This document shows positions 58,992-64,000 of a stretch of 64,000 bases of DNA, piece by piece (position 1 is the stretch's first letter; every line of letters begins with the position of its first letter). The notes under the pieces are model-generated. The model saw nothing but the letters and a program-made list of their open reading frames with translations, was not told where the DNA came from and did no database searches. Source of the stretch: a virus; the IMG/VR virus record IMGVR_UViG_3300025767_000013, positions 6,658-70,657 of that record. The stretch is one strand, 5' to 3'. The translations under genes and the position numbers were made by a program.

Positions 58992-61301
58992 ATGGCAGAA
59001 AGAATTGTATCACCTGGAGTATTCACAAGAGAAAATGACCTTTCATTCTTGGCTCAGGGAATCGGAGAAATAGGAGCAGCAATCGTAGGACCTTTCAAAA
59101 AAGGACCAGCATTCGTTCCAACAATCATTAGAACACAATCTGAATTTGAGGACAAATTTGGAACACCTGATGGAACTTACTATACGGAGTATGCAGTACA
59201 AAACTATCTTAGAGAAGCTGGTACTGTTACTGTTGTTAGAGTAATGAATGTAGGTGGTTACTCTCAAGTAACACCAATTGGTATCGCAGTTTCTGGTTCT
59301 ACTGGTTATAAATTAGTATCAACTCTACATTCAACCGCAGCTGGTGATGAAGAAGTTGGTTTTGGTGCATTCACCATTACCGATGGAACTGCTTCTGGTT
59401 CGTTTGTTGTTAGTGGTAGTGGAATTGGTGAAGTATCTTCATCTATCAAACCAGCTGACAATAATGATGTAGCTGATGTATTTGGTGAATCACCATTTGG
59501 TTCTAAGCACGGATATGTTTATTCATTCTTTGAGAATGTAGCATCTCAATCAGTAGCTGACCACGATGATACAAATGGTTGGGGATTAGATGTTTCAGCT
59601 GTTGCACTTGCAACTCAAGAATTCGGTGATGCATCTTACGCAACTACTCCATATGTAAAATCACAACTTATCTCTAACGAAAGATTTGATTTGTTCCGTT
59701 TCCACACTTTAGGATATGGTAACAATGAGAACACTAGATTTAAGGTTTCAATCTCCAATGTAAAAGCAGCAGGTGAAGATGGTGGTACTGACTACTCAAC
59801 TTTCTCTGTAACAATTCGTTCATTCGCTGATACTGATAAAAGAAAATCAGTATTGGAAACATTTAATAATGTAAACTTAGACCCATCATCTCCAAACTTT
59901 ATCGCTAGAAGAATCGGTGATAGATATTTAACTATCGATTCAAATGGTAAAATTACTGAAAATGGTGATTGGGTAAATAACTCAAAATATGTAAGAGTAG
60001 AAGTTGTAGCACAGGGACAATATCCTGTATCAGCAGCACCTTTCGCTCATGGAGCATACACTAACCCAATTTATGTAGGTGGAACTGAAACTTTAGTACC
60101 AGCTGTTGTTTATCAAACAGCATCTTCTGGTAATACTGCTGGTTCTCCAATCTACTACGCTGGTTTCGATTTCGAAACCGCTGGTGTTAAATTGGATAAC
60201 GCTAACTATTTGGCACCACTTCCTAACAACGCATCTACTGGTTCAAATGTGGACTTCGGATTTGATTCTCAACTTTCTTACGAAATGAGTGGTTCAGATT
60301 CTTCTGATATGGTTAAGAGACAATTCTCATTAGCATTCCAAAGTGGATTCGATGGACAATCTCCAGCAATTAGAATCGCTAAAGCTGGTGATAACGATTG
60401 GGGAGTAGCAAATACGCAAGGATTCAATTGTTCTTCAGCAACCGCTAGTGGTTCAGTAGCATACACTAAAGCATTAAACGCAATTTCTAATCCTGATGAG
60501 TGGGATATCAATATGTTGGTAACTCCAGGTATCGTAAGAAGCTTACACCCATCAGTAACTACAAAAGCAATTGATATTGTTGAAGATAGACAAGATGCAT
60601 TCTACATCGCTGATTTCAACGATTTCGATGATACAATCGCTGAGGCAACCACACAGGCAACCGCAGTTGATTCAAACTACGCAGCAACTTATTACCCTTG
60701 GGTTAAGACAGTTGATACGAACACTAACAAATTAGTAACTGTTCCACCATCAGTATTGATGCCAGCTGTATTCGCAGCAAATGACGCTATCGCAGCTGAA
60801 TGGTTCGCACCTGCTGGTTTGAATAGAGGTGGTATCGTAGGAGCAGTTTCGGTTCTTAATAGATTGACACACTCTGAAAGAGATACTTTATACGAAAACA
60901 AAGTAAACCCAATCGCAGCATTCCCTGGACAAGGTATTGTGGCATTCGGACAGAAAACATTGCAAGATAAATCATCAGCATTGGATAGAATCAATGTAAG
61001 AAGATTGTTAATCACTGTTAAGAAGTTCGTAGCATCTACTTCTAGATTCTTAGTGTTCGAACAAAACACCGCTCAGACAAGAGGTAAATTCATCAATACC
61101 GTACAACCTTACTTAGAGGGTATCCAACAAAGACAAGGTTTATACGCATTCAAAGTGGTAATGGATGAAACCAATAACACACCGGATGTAGTTGATAGAA
61201 ACATTTTAGCTGGACAGATTTTCCTACAACCAACTAAGACCGCTGAATTCATCGTAATTGATTTCAACATCTTACCAACTGGAGCATCGTTCTCAGCATA
61301 A
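58992..61301 (+). CDS. contractile tail sheath protein (gp18-like)
   Basis: VSPGVFTRENDLS, YAATYYPWV, WFAPAGLNRG, GQKTL...SALDRINVRRL and FKVVMDETNNTPDVVDRN. Confidence 0.97.
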   Translation: MAERIVSPGVFTRENDLSFLAQGIGEIGAAIVGPFKKGPAFVPTIIRTQSEFEDKFGTPDGTYYTEYAVQNYLREAGTVTVVRVMNVGGYSQVTPIGIAVSGSTGYKLVSTLHSTAAGDEEVGFGAFTITDGTASGSFVVSGSGIGEVSSSIKPADNNDVADVFGESPFGSKHGYVYSFFENVASQSVADHDDTNGWGLDVSAVALATQEFGDASYATTPYVKSQLISNERFDLFRFHTLGYGNNENTRFKVSISNVKAAGEDGGTDYSTFSVTIRSFADTDKRKSVLETFNNVNLDPSSPNFIARRIGDRYLTIDSNGKITENGDWVNNSKYVRVEVVAQGQYPVSAAPFAHGAYTNPIYVGGTETLVPAVVYQTASSGNTAGSPIYYAGFDFETAGVKLDNANYLAPLPNNASTGSNVDFGFDSQLSYEMSGSDSSDMVKRQFSLAFQSGFDGQSPAIRIAKAGDNDWGVANTQGFNCSSATASGSVAYTKALNAISNPDEWDINMLVTPGIVRSLHPSVTTKAIDIVEDRQDAFYIADFNDFDDTIAEATTQATAVDSNYAATYYPWVKTVDTNTNKLVTVPPSVLMPAVFAANDAIAAEWFAPAGLNRGGIVGAVSVLNRLTHSERDTLYENKVNPIAAFPGQGIVAFGQKTLQDKSSALDRINVRRLLITVKKFVASTSRFLVFEQNTAQTRGKFINTVQPYLEGIQQRQGLYAFKVVMDETNNTPDVVDRNILAGQIFLQPTKTAEFIVIDFNILPTGASFSA

Positions 61302-61321
61302 TTAAAAATAACAAAAACTAA

Positions 61322-61329
61322 TATTTATT
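61322..61329 (+). promoter_or_regulatory. putative late promoter element TATTTATT
   Basis: Motif variant 25 nt upstream of tube ATG 61355. Confidence 0.55.
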
Positions 61330-61354
61330 AGTATATAAAGGAGAAAATAACAAA

Positions 61355-61843
61355 ATGGCAGAAGTATTAGAATTTAACGAAATGTTCTTCACCAACTTCG
61401 AACCGAAGATGAAGAATCGCTATATTATGGAGATTGATGGTATTCAATCTTACTTAATCAAAACAGCGGCAAGACCATCTATCAATTTCGAAACTGTGAA
61501 GTTAGACCACATCAACACTTACCGCAAATTGCAAGGTAAGGGTGAGTGGCAGGATATCACAATCACATTGTATGACCCGATTGTTCCTTCTGGAGCACAA
61601 CAGGTTATGGAATGGGTGAGATTGGGATACGAATCTTTAACTGGTAGAAAGGGCTACGCTGATTTCTACAAAAAGGATATCGATTTCTATATGTTAGGTC
61701 CTGTTGGTGATAAGATTGAGCAATGGAAGTTAAAGGGTGCATTCATTGCATCGGCTAACTTTAGTGATTTAGATTTCTCCTCTAATGACCCTGCTGAAAT
61801 TGAATTAACTTTAGCATACGATTACGCTATTTTGGAATTCTAA
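61355..61843 (+). CDS. tail tube protein (gp19-like)
   Basis: Directly after sheath; EPKMKNRY, GKGEWQDITITLYDPI, EQWKLKGAF and IELTLAYD. Confidence 0.92.
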   Translation: MAEVLEFNEMFFTNFEPKMKNRYIMEIDGIQSYLIKTAARPSINFETVKLDHINTYRKLQGKGEWQDITITLYDPIVPSGAQQVMEWVRLGYESLTGRKGYADFYKKDIDFYMLGPVGDKIEQWKLKGAFIASANFSDLDFSSNDPAEIELTLAYDYAILEF

Positions 61844-61872
61844 AATACAATCAATTTATTATATTTGAAAAG

Positions 61873-61902
61873 AAGGTTCTCTATGTGAGAACCTTTTTTT
61901 TT
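61873..61902 (+). terminator. rho-independent terminator after tail tube
   Basis: AAGGTTCTC-TATGT-GAGAACCTT stem-loop running into a T tract. Confidence 0.9.
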
Positions 61903-61920
61903 AACTTTTTTATTTTGATA

Positions 61921-61928
61921 TACTTATA
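61921..61928 (+). promoter_or_regulatory. putative late promoter element TACTTATA
   Basis: Follows the terminator; 24 nt upstream of ATG 61953. Confidence 0.65.
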
Positions 61929-61952
61929 TATACAAACAAATAAAGGTTTATT

Positions 61953-62726
61953 ATGAGCGATACAAAGTTCGATTTTCCAACGGAAATCATTGATTTACCA
62001 TCTAAGGGGTTGGTATATCCAGAAGGACATCCCCTAAGAAAAGGTAATATCGAAATTAAATACATGACTGCAAGAGAAGAAGATATCTTAGCTTCTCAAT
62101 CCTTAATCAAAAAGGGTGTAGTTTTAGACAAACTCTTCGAATCGGTAGTGGTAGAACCAAATGTAAACATCAACGATATTTTCATTGGTGATAAAAACGC
62201 AATTCTTTTGGCAACGAGAGTATTGGGTTATGGTGCAGATTACCAAGTAGAGATAACCGACCCATTTACATTAGAACCTCAGCAAGTAGTTGTTGATTTA
62301 TCCAAAGTTAAAACTAAAGATTTCAACGAAGCTTCGTTAAATGGTGAAAACCGATACAAATTCAAACTTCCTAAATCTGGAAAAGAGTTGGAATTTAAGT
62401 TACTAACGCATGGTGATGAGGCTGAAATTACCAAAGAAACCCAAGCGTTAGAAAGATTATACAAAGGTAAGAGTGAGAAATCATTTGATGTAACCACTCG
62501 TTTGAAATATATGATTCAATCGGTAGATGGAAACTCTGATAGAGGATTCATCACCAAATGGGTTCAGAATGAATTCCTTGCATTAGATACTAAAGCATTC
62601 CGAAAATATGTAAAAGAACTAAGCCCTGATATGGATTTAACATTTGAATTCACATCAGAATTAACTGGTGAGACGGAGGCACTTGATATCCCATTTGGGA
62701 TTAGCTTTTTTTACCCTACCGAGTGA
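61953..62726 (+). CDS. T4 gp26-like hub/tail assembly chaperone (lambda gpG positional analogue)
   Basis: IDLPSKG, IKYMTAREEDIL, GDKNAILLATR and terminal IPFGISFFYP resemble gp26-like proteins; between tube and tape measure. Confidence 0.8.
   Translation: MSDTKFDFPTEIIDLPSKGLVYPEGHPLRKGNIEIKYMTAREEDILASQSLIKKGVVLDKLFESVVVEPNVNINDIFIGDKNAILLATRVLGYGADYQVEITDPFTLEPQQVVVDLSKVKTKDFNEASLNGENRYKFKLPKSGKELEFKLLTHGDEAEITKETQALERLYKGKSEKSFDVTTRLKYMIQSVDGNSDRGFITKWVQNEFLALDTKAFRKYVKELSPDMDLTFEFTSELTGETEALDIPFGISFFYPTE
62703..62714 (+). promoter_or_regulatory. putative programmed ribosomal frameshift site AGC TTT TTT TAC (+1 or -2)
   Basis: T7 run at 62706-62712 joins the gp26-like frame to the overlapping downstream frame. 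Confidence 0.6.
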
Positions 62727-62919
62727 TTACTCGATACAACTTCATAACCAAATTTGGGAAATGCTCAACTTTGGTAATGGGTTTACTTGGAGAGATGTTT
62801 ACTTTATGCCAATCCAATGGAGAAAATTCTACTTCAAAAAGTTGGTTGACTTAAAGAAAAAGGAATCCGAAGAATATAAAAAGATGGAACAAAAATCAAA
62901 AGTGAAGGTTAGACGATAA
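62707..62919 (+). CDS. gp51-like small domain, probably expressed as a frameshift extension (gpGT analogue)
   Basis: FFTLPSDYSIQLHNQIWEM...FTWRDVYFMPIQWRKFY; GTG 62668 gives an implausible N-terminus and the first ATG (62761) lies well inside the domain. Confidence 0.6.
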   Translation, partial: FFTLPSDYSIQLHNQIWEMLNFGNGFTWRDVYFMPIQWRKFYFKKLVDLKKKESEEYKKMEQKSKVKVRR

Positions 62920-62941
62920 TCTTCACTTTTTTTATATCTTA

Positions 62942-62949
62942 TATTTATA
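62942..62949 (+). promoter_or_regulatory. putative late promoter element TATTTATA
   Basis: Recurrent motif upstream of ATG 62959/62974. Confidence 0.6.
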
Positions 62950-62973
62950 GATGTATAAATGGGAATATTCACT

Positions 62974-63186
62974 ATGAAAAAAGAAACCGTAAACGAAGGA
63001 TTATTTTCCGCAGCCAAAAGATTCTCTGATGCATTCTTTGATGGTTTATCAAAAAACGCATCTAATAGAATGTTAGATAAGGCAAAAAAAGCAGGTGTTC
63101 CGAAGGAATTAACCGATGTAATGGAAAAAATCCAAAAGGATAAAGATGAATTAGATGCTATTTTAGCTAAGATATCTAAAAAATAA
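62974..63186 (+). CDS. small hypothetical protein with N-terminal VNE site
   Basis: MKKETVNE-GLFS...; helical; alternative start at 62959. Confidence 0.6.
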   Translation: MKKETVNEGLFSAAKRFSDAFFDGLSKNASNRMLDKAKKAGVPKELTDVMEKIQKDKDELDAILAKISKK

Positions 63187-63195
63187 TAAATCTAT

Positions 63196-64000
63196 ATGGC
63201 TGATGATTTAAGAGGTAGGCTGGAAATCTTGAAAGAGATTGAGGTAGCTCAAAAGCGTTTAGAACGAATTGAGCAATCTCAAAACATGCTTATTGAAGAA
63301 AAAATCAAAGCCACTGTTAGGCAAAAGCAAGAAATAAAAAATCTAGCTAATGAACTTAGACAGGTAAATTTAGAAAGAATCAAAGGATTTGCTTCAGAAG
63401 AATCATCTCTAAAATCAATGGGTTCTATCTATGATGAGTTAGTTAAAAAAGATAGAGATAGAATATTATCCCAATTAAAAGCAGAAGGATTAACTGCAAA
63501 ACAAGAAGCAGCTATAAGTAGAGCTGCTGAAATTAATAGAGAATTGGCCCAATTAAGTAGAGAAGATACTTTACAACAAGCCGCTTTATTATCAGAATAC
63601 GATATGCAGAAGCGTGTATTGGCTAGTATAAGTGATGAAAATCAACATATAGTTGAAAATCTAACCCAACAAAATACATTAGCTAAAACTCAATCTCAAC
63701 TCACCAACAAACAAAAAGATTTTTTACAAAAACAAAAAGATGTTTATGATGGTATAAAAGATACCATTGGTGGAATATTAGAAACCGCATCATTACTTAC
63801 ATCAACTTTTGGTGGGGTATTGGGTGGAGCTTTAATTGGAGCTGGTGTTGCTGGTAAAAAATTATTAGAAACATCAAGACAATTAGGTGGTTCGTTATTA
63901 TCATCATCAAATATATCCACAACTTTATTTGGGACAGTATTTGAAGATGCTGTTGGAACAACTAAATCACTTTCAAAGGAATTTGGAGGATTAAACGATG
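63196..64000 (+). CDS. probable tape measure protein, N-terminal part (3'-truncated)
   Basis: Absent from the ORF track because it has no stop in the window. Reads MADDLRGRLEILKEIEVAQKRLERIEQ...; long coiled coil, then Gly/Ala hydrophobic stretch GGVLGGALIGAGVAG; follows tube and chaperone pair. Confidence 0.7.
   Translation, partial: MADDLRGRLEILKEIEVAQKRLERIEQSQNMLIEEKIKATVRQKQEIKNLANELRQVNLERIKGFASEESSLKSMGSIYDELVKKDRDRILSQLKAEGLTAKQEAAISRAAEINRELAQLSREDTLQQAALLSEYDMQKRVLASISDENQHIVENLTQQNTLAKTQSQLTNKQKDFLQKQKDVYDGIKDTIGGILETASLLTSTFGGVLGGALIGAGVAGKKLLETSRQLGGSLLSSSNISTTLFGTVFEDAVGTTKSLSKEFGGLND

Noticed and set aside
62668-62706. GTG start giving an independent 83-aa protein beginning MRRRHLISH
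   Set aside because: The N-terminal residues look like off-frame sequence of the upstream gene; plausible protein sequence begins at the T7 run, favouring a frameshift.
1-64000. Stop-codon reassignment, as seen in some large phages
   Set aside because: Core genes are full length in the standard code, and TAA, TAG (1641, 47465) and TGA (62726) all end genes at sensible positions.

Overview
AT-rich window from a large tailed (myovirus, T4-like/jumbo) phage. It is the virion morphogenesis region, with every real gene on the + strand. Order: ligase-like cargo protein, spanin-like pair, large terminase, portal, head cargo proteins, prohead protease, scaffold, major capsid protein, neck and tail-terminator genes, a ~39 kb block of giant fibre genes (4800, 3735 and 3558 aa) with their accessory proteins, tail sheath, tail tube, tail assembly chaperone pair, and the start of a probable tape measure gene. 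No rRNA, tRNA, CRISPR array or mobile element was recognised. Most interesting signals: (1) an [ST]-[GAS]-S tripeptide saturating exterior virion proteins but nearly absent from internal ones, a candidate virion-wide modification sequon; (2) head cargo proteins built from modules joined by ESVNE prohead-protease-type linkers encoded by a near-identical 16-nt repeat; (3) a probable +1/-2 programmed frameshift between the tube and tape measure genes; (4) a TATTTATA late-promoter motif that is the reverse complement of the T4 late promoter; (5) four domains nested inside one another, one intact and one dead cupredoxin domain, and proline-free Gly-X-Ser collagen-like tracts in the fibres. Family assignments come from motif recognition by eye; no database searches were run.
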